DNA of 61,448 nucleotides, filler included, from Anaerolineae bacterium (GTDB taxonomy: Bacteria > Chloroflexota > Anaerolineae > Epilineales > Epilineaceae): assembly GCA_029262755.1 (NCBI GenBank). It is 5 parts of 5 records of this genome, joined end to end, with 100 filler letters (N's around TTAATTAATTAA, not from the genome) between each part and the next. Parts side by side here need not be neighbours in the genome. Positions count along the whole stretch, not along the records: positions 34,031 to 53,688 come from JAJCYU010000138.1; 4 more parts are not named here. The stretch is one strand, 5' to 3'. Below the pieces are notes generated by a model that was not told the origin of the DNA, ran no database searches, and saw only the letters and a program-made list of their open reading frames with translations. The position numbers were made by a program, and so were the translations under genes. Below, in pieces: positions 38,418 through 48,416 of this stretch (within the stretch, counting starts at the first letter, position 1; each line of letters starts with the position of its first letter).

Positions 38418-39406
38418 CGACGTGGTCCGAACGGCGGCGGACGTCCGTTGGCGTGAGCATCATCGTGCCGACCTACCGGCGGCCGCATGCGTTGGAACGC
38501 GCGCTCGGAGCACTTCCACCCGCCTTGAACGGCGCGGATGAGTTGGAAATCGTTATTGTCGATGACGAGCCGTCCGATCGCACGCGCGAGGTAGCTGACC
38601 GTATGTGGGGCGTGCCGGTCCGCTACACCCCAACCGCCCATGTAGGTGCCACCCTCGCGCGCAACTTCGGCGCGAAGACCGCGACTGGCGAACTGTTGAT
38701 CTTCATGGACGACGATATGGTCCCGGCCGTAGGGGCGCTGGCGGCGCTGATCGCGTGCAGTCGCGACGCGGGGCCTGGCGCCATTGTCCTCGGCAACGTC
38801 GTCGCGCCGGGTCTAGCACCGGAGATGTCCGAGCCGGGCGTTGCAGTCGAGACCGTTCACTATACCCATTGCCTGACTGGCCTGCTCGCCATTGGCCGCC
38901 GAGATTTCGAGCAGTTGGGTGGATTTAGGGATCCGAGCGGCGGCTGGCCCAATTGGGACGACGTCGACTTTGGCTACCGTGCTCACGTAGCAGGCCTGCG
39001 GCTACTGCGCGTTCGGGATGCGGTCGCCGAGCATTGGGACGAAACCCAGAGTGATCTAGCTAGCGCATCCGCGCGGTGGTACCGGGCCAGCCACGCCGCT
39101 GCTCGGTTGTTTGAACGTCACCCCACGATCGCGAACGAACTACCGATGTATCGGGACATGCTGCCAATAGCATGGGGTCAGGATTCTGGAACCCTGGTTG
39201 CGCGCAAGGTCCTTCGTCGCGCGAGCGCAAATCGAGTAGTTGGGGGAGCCCTGATGTGGTCCGCGCGCCTCGCAGGCCGCGTCGGAGGAAATTCTCGGTG
39301 GACGAGACGGCTGCGAGTCTGGGTGGTCGGGGCGCACATGGCCCGTGGTCTAGCGGACGGCCGACGCGATGTCGTAGAGGGCAAGCGGTCGGAGAGCCCA
39401 GCGTGA
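38414..39406 (+). CDS. Glycosyltransferase family 2
   Basis: SIIVPTYRR, IVDD, FMDDD, WDDVDFGYR. Confidence 0.9.
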   Translation: MTTWSERRRTSVGVSIIVPTYRRPHALERALGALPPALNGADELEIVIVDDEPSDRTREVADRMWGVPVRYTPTAHVGATLARNFGAKTATGELLIFMDDDMVPAVGALAALIACSRDAGPGAIVLGNVVAPGLAPEMSEPGVAVETVHYTHCLTGLLAIGRRDFEQLGGFRDPSGGWPNWDDVDFGYRAHVAGLRLLRVRDAVAEHWDETQSDLASASARWYRASHAAARLFERHPTIANELPMYRDMLPIAWGQDSGTLVARKVLRRASANRVVGGALMWSARLAGRVGGNSRWTRRLRVWVVGAHMARGLADGRRDVVEGKRSESPA

Positions 39407-40836
39407 GGTTGTCCTCGTTGGCCCTGCCGCCGACTGTAGCTACTCCGTTGCGCGGCATCTTCCCGCGCTATCAGCGCCTTGCTGTCATCGCCATGTTGTT
39501 GGCCGTGTCTTGGCAGCTTGGTGCCAGCCCTTCACGCCGTCTGGTGATCACGATCTACGGGCTAATCGGACTTGGCTTGCTTGTACGCAAGCCCACCATG
39601 GGGCTCGTCGGGCTCTTCGTCGCCGCGGCGTTCCTACCGTTCGAGGTGTCTACTGGAACCGGATCAGGTGTCAACGTCGCAATGCTGGGGGTGCTCGGGC
39701 TCGCGGTGCTTTGGGTGATTCGTCGGACGACCTCGCGTAACCTGCAACTCCGGTCTTCCCTTGCGAACGGACCCTGGGTTGCCCTAATCGTGACTTCCGG
39801 AGTGAGCATCCTCGCAGGCGGCGCATTGTGGGATCCGCTGGTCTCCGTGGGTAGTAATTTTTTGGTCGTTCAGTTGGGTCAGTGGTCAATGTTCGTCCTG
39901 GCGGCGCTCGCGTTTTGGTTGGGAGCGAATGCCGTCGACGAACGCCGACAGCTCGAGCGCTTGACCTACGTCATGCTGGGACTCGGAGTGGTGTTCATTC
40001 TGTGGCAGCTGCGGTGGTTACCTGCGCCGCTCAATCGAGTGTTCGTCCTAAACGAGACTCTCTCCAGGGTCTGGTTCGTTGCCCTTGCCGGCGGATTGGC
40101 ATTGTTCGATGTCCGACGCGACATACGAATTCGTGCGGCTGCCATGGGGTTCGCGGTTGCCATTGTCGTTGCTGGGTATTCGGCAGGATCCGGTTGGGCG
40201 GCCGGGTGGTTGCCTCAACTCGTGACGCTCGGCACTCTCGTCGCTTTGCGATTGGGCACGATATCGATCCGCGCAGGCATCATCGCTGCCGTGCCCGCGC
40301 TGATTTTTGCAACACAGTTGTTGCCGCGGCTCGTGTCCGCTGAGAGGTGGAGCTTCGAAACACGCCTGATCGCCTGGCGAGGCCTCGTCCAACTCGTGGG
40401 CAATCGCTGGCTGTTCGGTATGGGGCTGGCTACGTACTGGCACGCATGGCGGGACATCTTTGGTAGCTTTAGTTACCTGGATCCGGAGACTGGAATTTTT
40501 CACTTCACCCTGGATCCGCAGGTGAACATGCACAACAACTACGTGGATATCTACGGGCAGGTCGGTCTCATCGGGCTCGCCGCACTCCTTTGGCTTCTCG
40601 CTGCCCTCTCCGTTCAGGCGTGGAAAACGTGGCGTGCCGAAGAGCCTGGTTTCGGAGCCGCGTATGCCGCAGCATGCTTGTCCGCGTTGGCAGGAATGGT
40701 CATTGCCGCCATGCTTGGGGACTGGATCATCCCCTTTGTATACAACGTCGGGCTTGCCGGCTTCCGAGAGGCCGGACTCGCTTGGCTATTGCTTGGCGGA
40801 ATGGTGGTCTTGGACCACACGCGGCCCTCCGCCTGA
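39403..40836 (+). CDS. O-antigen ligase/Wzy-like membrane protein
   Basis: About 12 TMs, 'RLIAWR..LFGMG', HNNYVDI. Confidence 0.8.
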   Translation: MRLSSLALPPTVATPLRGIFPRYQRLAVIAMLLAVSWQLGASPSRRLVITIYGLIGLGLLVRKPTMGLVGLFVAAAFLPFEVSTGTGSGVNVAMLGVLGLAVLWVIRRTTSRNLQLRSSLANGPWVALIVTSGVSILAGGALWDPLVSVGSNFLVVQLGQWSMFVLAALAFWLGANAVDERRQLERLTYVMLGLGVVFILWQLRWLPAPLNRVFVLNETLSRVWFVALAGGLALFDVRRDIRIRAAAMGFAVAIVVAGYSAGSGWAAGWLPQLVTLGTLVALRLGTISIRAGIIAAVPALIFATQLLPRLVSAERWSFETRLIAWRGLVQLVGNRWLFGMGLATYWHAWRDIFGSFSYLDPETGIFHFTLDPQVNMHNNYVDIYGQVGLIGLAALLWLLAALSVQAWKTWRAEEPGFGAAYAAACLSALAGMVIAAMLGDWIIPFVYNVGLAGFREAGLAWLLLGGMVVLDHTRPSA

Positions 40837-40890
40837 CATGTCTCCCCTTCCGAGCACGGCCTTCCTCGACCCTGCGCAGCGGAGCAGATC

Positions 40891-42576
40891 ATGGAACTGA
40901 AGGAATACATCGCGATAGCACGGCGGTGGATGTGGCTATTCGCCCTTTCGACGGCTGTTGCGGCGACCGGTGCGTGGGTCGGCACGCGGTTCATGAACGA
41001 GACGTTTCTGTCGCAGTCGACGGTCATGGTGGGACAGGCGGTGGCCGACCCCAATCCGAGCGGCATGACGATCTACATCGCCCAGCAACTTGCGGGCAAC
41101 TACGCTCAGATGGCAACGCGAGGCGACGTCCTTCAGGGCGTTGCGGAGCGACTGGAGTTGGACGAGAGCCGGTGGCAACAACTGCGCGGAACACTGCGAG
41201 TGCAGGTGGTGCCCGGGCAGCAGCTCATCGAGATCCGTGCAATTCATACGAGCCCGGAATGGGCCCAGGCCATCGCGCAAGCCGCTGCATTAGAACTGGT
41301 TGCGCAAAGTCCCGGCGGCGAGAAATCGGAGCTAGCGGCGGACCGGGAGTTTGTTCAGGGTCGGCTCAACAAGATCAAAGAACGGATTACGCAGGCCGAA
41401 CAAGAGACCGAGGCGATCAATCTACAGATCGAGCAAGAGACCAGTGCAAGAGGCATCGCCGAGCTTTCGAGCCGCAAACAAGCCTTGGAGAGCCAGACGC
41501 GCAGTTGGGACGGCCAACTCGCACAGCTTCGCATTTCCCTATCGGGATCGTCTGTAAACTCGATCGAGGTCATCGAGAACGCCGGGCCGGCCGTTCGCGT
41601 CGGACCGAACGTCCGGATGAATATTCTGCTTGCGGCGGCCATTGGTCTCGGCTTAGCGATCGCCGCCGTGCTGCTGCTCGAATACCTGGACGACACCGTC
41701 AAGACAAGCGAGGATCTTGACCGAAAGTTGAGCATTCCGAGCCTTGGCACGATCGCGTTGATGCCCGATCTCACCCACCGCGCTGAAGGGCTGATCACCG
41801 CGACATCTCCTCGATCACCCACAGCTGAAGCATATCGCGTCGTCCGTACGAACCTGCGATTCGGCCTTATTGACTCTGAACGTAAGGCGGTTGTGGTTAC
41901 CAGCGCGAATCCGGGCGAGGGGAAGAGCACGACGGCGGCGAACCTGGCCGTTGTCATGGCGCAATCGGGTCAACGGATTATCTTGGTGGATGCGGACTTA
42001 CGACGTCCGTCGCTTCACCGCTTCTTCGGTTTGACCAACGATGTCGGCCTGACATCCCTGCTCTTGGATGGGGAGCTGGATCGAAGCATGGTCATGCGTT
42101 CGATTCCTGATATACCAGGTCTTGAAGTGCTGACGAGCGGACCGCTGCCTCCGAATCCGTCCGAGACACTGCAGAGTGACAGGACGCGCGATCTCCTCAA
42201 CCGACTCAAGGACGATGCCGACGTCGTGATCTTTGACAGCCCTCCGCTGTTGGTCGTTACTGACGCCGCAGTCCTAGCTACGTTTGTAGAGGGCACAATT
42301 CTCGTCTTCGAGTCCGGCGTCACGCGAACCGACGCGGCGCGTAAGGCAGTGGATTCGCTGGCCAAGGTCGGCGTGAAGCCATTGGGCGCAGTCGTGAACC
42401 GACTAGACCGAGAGCGGGTGGGTCGCTACTACTACCAGTATCGGTACAACGAATCATACGACAGCTACTATGGGGCGGCTACGGGTGATGATGAAGATCA
42501 GTCTGATCCGCCCTCCCCTCGGCGGAGAAACGCATTGGGCCGCTTCGTTGACGCGATCACGTCGTTGCTGAGCTGA
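40891..42576 (+). CDS. Polysaccharide co-polymerase/tyrosine autokinase (Wzc-like)
   Basis: Wzz-type N-terminus, two TMs, GEGKSTT Walker A, DADLRRP, DSPP, C-terminal Tyr cluster YYYQYRYNESYDSYY. Confidence 0.93.
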   Translation: MELKEYIAIARRWMWLFALSTAVAATGAWVGTRFMNETFLSQSTVMVGQAVADPNPSGMTIYIAQQLAGNYAQMATRGDVLQGVAERLELDESRWQQLRGTLRVQVVPGQQLIEIRAIHTSPEWAQAIAQAAALELVAQSPGGEKSELAADREFVQGRLNKIKERITQAEQETEAINLQIEQETSARGIAELSSRKQALESQTRSWDGQLAQLRISLSGSSVNSIEVIENAGPAVRVGPNVRMNILLAAAIGLGLAIAAVLLLEYLDDTVKTSEDLDRKLSIPSLGTIALMPDLTHRAEGLITATSPRSPTAEAYRVVRTNLRFGLIDSERKAVVVTSANPGEGKSTTAANLAVVMAQSGQRIILVDADLRRPSLHRFFGLTNDVGLTSLLLDGELDRSMVMRSIPDIPGLEVLTSGPLPPNPSETLQSDRTRDLLNRLKDDADVVIFDSPPLLVVTDAAVLATFVEGTILVFESGVTRTDAARKAVDSLAKVGVKPLGAVVNRLDRERVGRYYYQYRYNESYDSYYGAATGDDEDQSDPPSPRRRNALGRFVDAITSLLS

Positions 42577-42595
42577 AGGCGAGACACAGAACCCA

Positions 42596-44191
42596 ATGGC
42601 AACCAACAAGATGCCGAGAGAGCATGAGCTCGAACGGTGGCTGGTCTATGGTGTCGTCGCGTTCCTGATCGCGGTGGTCACGTACTTCGCGTTCGTCGCA
42701 CCCGCAGTCCGCGACGAGTTGGGCGATGGCGTGCCTACGCTTGAGCCCGGCATCTCCGACGCATTGCTGCGCCTTGCGGCGACGCGTACCGCGACCGCTA
42801 CTCCGGCGCCGTCCACCACCCCGCGGCCAACGCGCGGTGCAGGCGATCTGTCTGCTCCGACCGTGGTAGCCCCCACTTCACTGCCAGGCGCATCCTCGAT
42901 CACCATCGCACCGAGTGAGCGCGAGGTAGCCAGCTTCGATAGCCTCGATAAGCTGCCCGCTTACGGGGAACGGAGCCTACTCGTTGGCCGGTTGCAGGCG
43001 CAGAACGACAGTGGAAGTGGAGACCGACATACGGACTATTTAGGCGGGATCGCGATATCCCTGCGGCGCGTCCCGATGGCTGCGCGCTTGAGCTATGCCT
43101 CCCTCGAGCTCACCGGTCTATCTGATTTAGGCATCCAGGATCAAGGGGAATGGACGGTTGAACTTCTTGACGAAGAGGCAGCCCAAGGCTGGGCGGACCA
43201 GACCTTCGACTCCCTCCTTGCGGCCCGATCCACGGGAATCGAATGGCTGATTCGTACTTCTGATCTCGGAACACTACGGTCGAACATTCTCGAATTCTCC
43301 GAACAGGGTCGCGAAGTGCTGCAATCGCGACTCGCTGCAGGGGACGAACGGGTCGCTTTTCGAATCAGTGGTGAGGGCGGAATCGGAGGGCAAGACAATC
43401 TCTTCGTGTGGGACACCGGCTACGGTCCCGGATTCGGCTCCCGTCCCGTGCTGCGGCTGCAGTATTTCGCCCCCACCGCAACGCCCGGGCCGGCGCCCGG
43501 TGAGCCGACCACCGTTCCGCTCGTCGTGTGGGAGGCAGAACCATCGCCTGCGCCGAGCCCCACGCCGCTTCCGGAGGCGGTGCCGCGCGAACTTCGAGGG
43601 AACATCCTGTTCCTCTCAGACCGTTTTGGTGGCCCAGAGTTGATGGTGCTCGATGTCGAGAGCGGTCGGGTCGGTCGCGTGACCCAGAGTTGGCCATATG
43701 GGCTATCCGTGCAGCGAGAACGGAGCGTCGGCGATCTGCAGGTAGGCACTAAGGAGGTGCCCTGCGGGTCCGGTGACGCAACGATCCTCGTGGACGGCGA
43801 TCCGCAACAGAACCCGGATCCCGCGCGTCGGTGCAACCAAGTGACCATTCGGCGTGAGGGAGGTGCGGAAGAAGAGCTCACGCCGAACGGATTCATCCAC
43901 TACGATCCGGTCTTGTCGCCGGACGGTACATGGGTCGCGTACGTATCGCAGGCATCCGGCAACGACGAGATCTGGGCACATCGGGTGGATCGAACAGCAT
44001 ACCGCCGTCTGACCGACAACGAATGGGAATGGGACAAGCACCCCACCTGGTCACCGGATGGTACGCACATTGCGTTCTGGTCGAATCGCGATGGGCGCAA
44101 GCAACTGTTTCGTTTGGAGTTCGCAACCGGAGTCGTCGAAAGACTGCTTGCGAGTCCCTACAACGACTGGGATCCAGTTTGGGTGCGCTAG
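42596..44191 (+). CDS. Membrane-anchored protein with C-terminal PD40/TolB-like beta-propeller
   Basis: N-terminal TM, Pro/Thr linkers, repeats PVLSPDG / PTWSPDG..IAFWSNRDG / DWDPVW. Confidence 0.75.
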   Translation: MATNKMPREHELERWLVYGVVAFLIAVVTYFAFVAPAVRDELGDGVPTLEPGISDALLRLAATRTATATPAPSTTPRPTRGAGDLSAPTVVAPTSLPGASSITIAPSEREVASFDSLDKLPAYGERSLLVGRLQAQNDSGSGDRHTDYLGGIAISLRRVPMAARLSYASLELTGLSDLGIQDQGEWTVELLDEEAAQGWADQTFDSLLAARSTGIEWLIRTSDLGTLRSNILEFSEQGREVLQSRLAAGDERVAFRISGEGGIGGQDNLFVWDTGYGPGFGSRPVLRLQYFAPTATPGPAPGEPTTVPLVVWEAEPSPAPSPTPLPEAVPRELRGNILFLSDRFGGPELMVLDVESGRVGRVTQSWPYGLSVQRERSVGDLQVGTKEVPCGSGDATILVDGDPQQNPDPARRCNQVTIRREGGAEEELTPNGFIHYDPVLSPDGTWVAYVSQASGNDEIWAHRVDRTAYRRLTDNEWEWDKHPTWSPDGTHIAFWSNRDGRKQLFRLEFATGVVERLLASPYNDWDPVWVR

Positions 44192-44195
44192 GACG

Positions 44196-45197
44196 ATGAT
44201 ACTGCCCTTCCCGAAGCCGGAGCCGGTCGTGGCCGATCCCGACGTCGAGCCACGGTGCACAGGAGCTCGTTCCAAAGTGTTAGTGACCGGAGGTGCCGGT
44301 TTCATCGGATCGCATGTGGTCGATTCTGCGGCTGCAAAGGGCTATGACGTCGTCGTGGTTGACGACCTGTCTGTCGGACGGGCGTGCAACGTCCATTCGA
44401 GCGCACGACTGGTTCGTCTCGACATTCGCGATCCCGCGCTGATGGGGCTCGTGGCGGGCGAGCAACCCGACGTCGTCTGTCACTTTGCAGCCCAAACGGA
44501 TACGCGGGCTGCGCATCGCGATCCGATCCTCGACGCCGATGTCAACACGATCGGCACGCTGAACGTATTGCGTAGTTGCGTTGCGGCCGGTGTGCGCAAA
44601 ATTGTTTTCGCGTCCACGGCCGCCGTCTACGGGGACGCGAATTCGACGCCGATCGCTGAAACGCATCCGCCGATGCCCAGAAACGAGTATGGCGTCTCCA
44701 AACTGGCGGCGGAGCGTTACTTGCCGGTGTTCCACAGCCTCCACGGTCTAGAGTTCGTCGTCCTTCGGTTTGCCAACGTGTATGGGCCTCGCCAGCGCAC
44801 CGACGGCGAGACCGGCGTGGTCGCCACCTTCGCGACCCGCATGCTCGAAGCGAAAGCCTGTACGATGTTTGGCGATGGTCATCAGTCTCGCGACTTCGTG
44901 TTCGTGGAAGATTGCGCACGCCTTGTGGCGCGAATGATTGCTGAGGACGGCTCGTTCCGAACCTACAACGTTGGGACGGGCTCGGCTACCACCATCTTAT
45001 CTTTACACAGGGAGCTTGCGGAGTTGACGGGAGCAAACCAGATGCCTGTCTATGCTCCGAGGCGCCCGTTCGACGTCCACCATTTCCGACCCGATGTGAC
45101 ACGGCTTTGGAGCGATCTGGGGTGGCGCGCACAAACGACGCTCTCGGAGGGAGTGCGCCGCACGCTGAGCTACCTGCGGGCCGAGGTGTCGGCATGA
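44196..45197 (+). CDS. NAD-dependent epimerase/dehydratase (GalE-like)
   Basis: VTGGAGFIGSH, YGVSK, FANVYGPRQ. Confidence 0.92.
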   Translation: MILPFPKPEPVVADPDVEPRCTGARSKVLVTGGAGFIGSHVVDSAAAKGYDVVVVDDLSVGRACNVHSSARLVRLDIRDPALMGLVAGEQPDVVCHFAAQTDTRAAHRDPILDADVNTIGTLNVLRSCVAAGVRKIVFASTAAVYGDANSTPIAETHPPMPRNEYGVSKLAAERYLPVFHSLHGLEFVVLRFANVYGPRQRTDGETGVVATFATRMLEAKACTMFGDGHQSRDFVFVEDCARLVARMIAEDGSFRTYNVGTGSATTILSLHRELAELTGANQMPVYAPRRPFDVHHFRPDVTRLWSDLGWRAQTTLSEGVRRTLSYLRAEVSA

Positions 45198-46171
45198 TCG
45201 TTGTACAGACTCCGTTGCGTATCAGCCTACTCGGAGGCGGCACGGACTTTCCCGCGTTTTACACACGCGATCCGGGATTCGTACTCAGCACGACCATCGA
45301 CAAATCCGTGTTCGTGATCCTCAAAGGACGCTTCGACCGACGAATTCGTGTGGGATACACGCGCACGGAATTGGTCGATGATCCCCGTGCGTTGGAACAC
45401 GATCTTGTGCGCGAGTCCTTGGCCGTGACCGGGGTGGACCATGGGGTAGAACTGGCCACGATGGCCGACATTCCCTCGCGTGGCTCCGGCCTTGGAAGCT
45501 CGAGTGCGGTTACCGTCGGGTTGCTCCATGCTCTCTGGCTCTATCGCGGCGTCCTGCCCTCGCGTCGTCAGCTAGCAGAGGGAGCGACCGAGATTGAGAT
45601 TCAGCGTCTCGGACGTCCCATGGGCATGCAAGATCAATACGCGTCCGCGTACGGCGGGTTGCGCACGATCACGATGGACGGTGACGGTGTTCGCTCGGAG
45701 CGCGCCGCCGTCGACTTCGCGACGCGTCGGCGCCTGAGCGAACGTCTACTCCTGTTCTTCACGGGCATAACCCGACGCAGCGGGACGGTGCTTGCTGAGC
45801 AGGAGGCGAGCATTGAGGACAAGCGTCCAGAACTAATCGAAATGGCCTGCTTGGCACGTGAAGGGCGCAACCACTTAGAAGCCGGACGGTTGGACGAGCT
45901 GGGAGCATTGATCCTCGAGAGTTGGAAACTCAAGCGCGGGCTTGCGAGCAGGGTAAGCAGTCCGGAGATAGATGGCCTCGTGGAGCGTTCCGTGAACGCG
46001 GGTGCGATCGGCGCAAAGATTAGCGGGGCAGGCGGCGGTGGTTTCCTCTTACTCTACTGTCGGCCGGAACACCAACCTGCGGTTCGTACTGCATTGTCCG
46101 GCTTGCAGGAGATGGAGTTCAATCTCGAGGACGAGGGTTCGCTGGTCATGTTGGACGATCGGCGCCGGTAG
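45194..46171 (+). CDS. hddA: D-glycero-alpha-D-manno-heptose-7-phosphate kinase (GHMP family)
   Basis: TPLRISLLGGGTD, GSGLGSSS, GMQDQYASAYGG, GAGGGGF. Confidence 0.8.
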   Translation: MIVVQTPLRISLLGGGTDFPAFYTRDPGFVLSTTIDKSVFVILKGRFDRRIRVGYTRTELVDDPRALEHDLVRESLAVTGVDHGVELATMADIPSRGSGLGSSSAVTVGLLHALWLYRGVLPSRRQLAEGATEIEIQRLGRPMGMQDQYASAYGGLRTITMDGDGVRSERAAVDFATRRRLSERLLLFFTGITRRSGTVLAEQEASIEDKRPELIEMACLAREGRNHLEAGRLDELGALILESWKLKRGLASRVSSPEIDGLVERSVNAGAIGAKISGAGGGGFLLLYCRPEHQPAVRTALSGLQEMEFNLEDEGSLVMLDDRRR

Positions 46172-46174
46172 GCC

Positions 46175-47599
46175 ATGCCAAGTGGACGTCCAGCGGCCCG
46201 CTGGGAGCCGATGCTGGTCTTGCTCGCGGCGCCGTTTCTAGTCGCGCGCGAGTGGGCGTTATTGCCCGATTGGACTGAGATCGCAGCCTTGGCACTCTTG
46301 GCTGCTCCTTGGCTGGTGCGTAAAGCGAGGACGGGACGCTGGAGTGTTTCGACCGCGATCGACGTGCCGACGCTCGCCCTTCTATTAACGCTCCCACTCG
46401 CGATTTGGGCCGCGTGGGATGGACATCGTCCCGCGGCCATCTCGCGTGCTGAGAGTTTGCTGCTCGCTCTCGCCATGGGGTACGCCATCGCAAATTGGCT
46501 GACAACGCGACGCCGCGCCTGGCTGGCGGCTGCGTTCATCATCCTCCTCGGCATGACCTTCGCGGCCGCAGGGCTCTTGACCGTCGATTGGGTGGCGAAA
46601 TATCCGGTGTTCGCGCCGGCTCTCGACTATCTGCCACGAGCCGTGTCCACCGTTCCGCATGCTACCTTGCGGACACCGGCCCATCCGAATCAGCTGGGTG
46701 GATTACTCGCTATGACGCTGGCCTTCGCTGTCGCGCTTTTGCTCGACCGGCATCCACCCCGATTCGTTCGTCAAGCGTCGTGGTTGGCCGTAGCCCTGCT
46801 CGGTCCCGTATTGCTCGTCACGCAGTCACGCACGTCTTGGACGGCGTTGGCGCTGAGTGTCGGCGCGATGGTCTGGCTGCGATGGAGCCGTGGTGACGAG
46901 CACGGCCGGCCTCGTCGCCGCGCCCTGCAGTATCGCATCGTGATTATTCCCGCCGTCCTGTCCATCGCCCTGATGGTTGCCCTCGCTCCGGCCGTCTATT
47001 CGCTGGTCAGCCAAAGGGGTCTCTCTACAACGACAGACTCGGTCGCCGGACTAGATCAACGCTCGATGCGATTCAGTGCGGTGAGCAGAGTGTACTTGTG
47101 GCGTGATAGTGTGCGGATGCTAGAGGAACGACCGGTGACGGGAATCGGCCTTCATAACTTCGTCTGGCGACAGGGCAATCGTATGGAGAACGAGGGACTG
47201 CTGATCTACCCCGGATTCTCGCATAGCCACAACCTCTGGTTGCAAGCCGCCCTCGACTACGGGTTGCCTGGTGCTGCGGCATTCGGCGGCATCGTGGCCG
47301 CTTTGGCCTGGGCCGCTGCGGACGCCCACCGACGCCTCCAGGATACCGAAATGTACGCACTCGTCATTGGTGCGTTCGGCGGACTCATGGTTTGGGGGCT
47401 ACACGGTTTGACCGACGCAATCGCGGTCGGTAGTAAGGTAGGGTTGCTGCCTTGGTCACTATGCGGTCTGCTTATTGGATTGCAGGCCCATGCACGCTCT
47501 CTGCGCGACGAACCCGGAGCTGAAGGGGCGAAACGTTCACGCGTATCGCCAAAGTCCGCTGCAACCCCACCGCTTGACGCACGTGGAGTTTCATTATGA
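46175..47599 (+). CDS. O-antigen ligase family protein
   Basis: HPNQLGG, TQSRTSW, RVYLW..PVTGIG, HSHNLWLQ. Confidence 0.85.
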   Translation: MPSGRPAARWEPMLVLLAAPFLVAREWALLPDWTEIAALALLAAPWLVRKARTGRWSVSTAIDVPTLALLLTLPLAIWAAWDGHRPAAISRAESLLLALAMGYAIANWLTTRRRAWLAAAFIILLGMTFAAAGLLTVDWVAKYPVFAPALDYLPRAVSTVPHATLRTPAHPNQLGGLLAMTLAFAVALLLDRHPPRFVRQASWLAVALLGPVLLVTQSRTSWTALALSVGAMVWLRWSRGDEHGRPRRRALQYRIVIIPAVLSIALMVALAPAVYSLVSQRGLSTTTDSVAGLDQRSMRFSAVSRVYLWRDSVRMLEERPVTGIGLHNFVWRQGNRMENEGLLIYPGFSHSHNLWLQAALDYGLPGAAAFGGIVAALAWAAADAHRRLQDTEMYALVIGAFGGLMVWGLHGLTDAIAVGSKVGLLPWSLCGLLIGLQAHARSLRDEPGAEGAKRSRVSPKSAATPPLDARGVSL

Positions 47600-48207
47600 C
47601 CCAAAGTATCGAGCTTTCGACCGACCAAGGCTCGCGCGCAAGCCTCGAAGCGGTCATCAATCGGTATCTTGAGGAAGCTTCGCGTACGATCGCCGCGCTC
47701 TCAAGTGCCCAGGTTGTCCAGGCGGTGGAAATCCTAGAGGCCGCTTGCGCGGCGGGACGCCGCGTCTACGTGTTTGGGAACGGAGGCAGTGCGGCGACGG
47801 CTTCCCACATGGTTAACGACTTGAACAAGCAGGCAAGAGTGGCGGGTGCCAGGCCGATGCGCGCGATGGCGCTCACCGATAACATGCCTTTGATTACCGC
47901 GTGGAGTAACGACGTCGATTACGCGGACGCCTTCGCGAGGCAGCTAACCGACCTCGTAGACCCCGGGGACGTCGCCGTCGGCATCTCCACCAGCGGCATT
48001 TCCCAAAACGTGCTGCGCGCGCTGATCGTTGCCCGCGAACTCGGTGCCGTCACGATCGGCCTCACCGGAAACGATGGGGGTGAGCTGCCCGCCACCGTTG
48101 ACTGCTGTTTGTATGTGCCGAGCGCGGACATCGGCCAGCAAGAGGATGGTCACCTCGTGCTCAACCATGTGATCACCGTCGCGCTTCGCCATCACCTAGG
48201 CGCATGA
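47596..48207 (+). CDS. gmhA: Phosphoheptose isomerase (SIS domain)
   Basis: FGNGGSAATASH, ITAWSND, GISTSG, EDGHL. Confidence 0.85.
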   Translation: MTQSIELSTDQGSRASLEAVINRYLEEASRTIAALSSAQVVQAVEILEAACAAGRRVYVFGNGGSAATASHMVNDLNKQARVAGARPMRAMALTDNMPLITAWSNDVDYADAFARQLTDLVDPGDVAVGISTSGISQNVLRALIVARELGAVTIGLTGNDGGELPATVDCCLYVPSADIGQQEDGHLVLNHVITVALRHHLGA

Positions 48208-48416
48208 GCGAGCCACGGTCACGAAGGCGAGATCGTCGTCTGCACGTAACTCGTGCTCTTGGCGTTTGGCTCGTTGTATCCAGCCTTTCCGTCGTAGCGG
48301 CCGCGCTTTTTGGCGGTATGAGCGGGCTATTGGTCGCGGTCGGAGGCGGTGCTGTTTTCGGTTTTTCCTCCGCTCGAGCCGGTACACGCCGGCGGCGCCG
48401 ACACCGTAGCCAGTGA
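48204..48416 (+). CDS. Small two-TM hypothetical protein
   Basis: 70 aa; ATGA/GTGA overlaps with both neighbours; hydrophobic core flanked by Arg clusters. Confidence 0.45.
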   Translation: MSEPRSRRRDRRLHVTRALGVWLVVSSLSVVAAALFGGMSGLLVAVGGGAVFGFSSARAGTRRRRRHRSQ

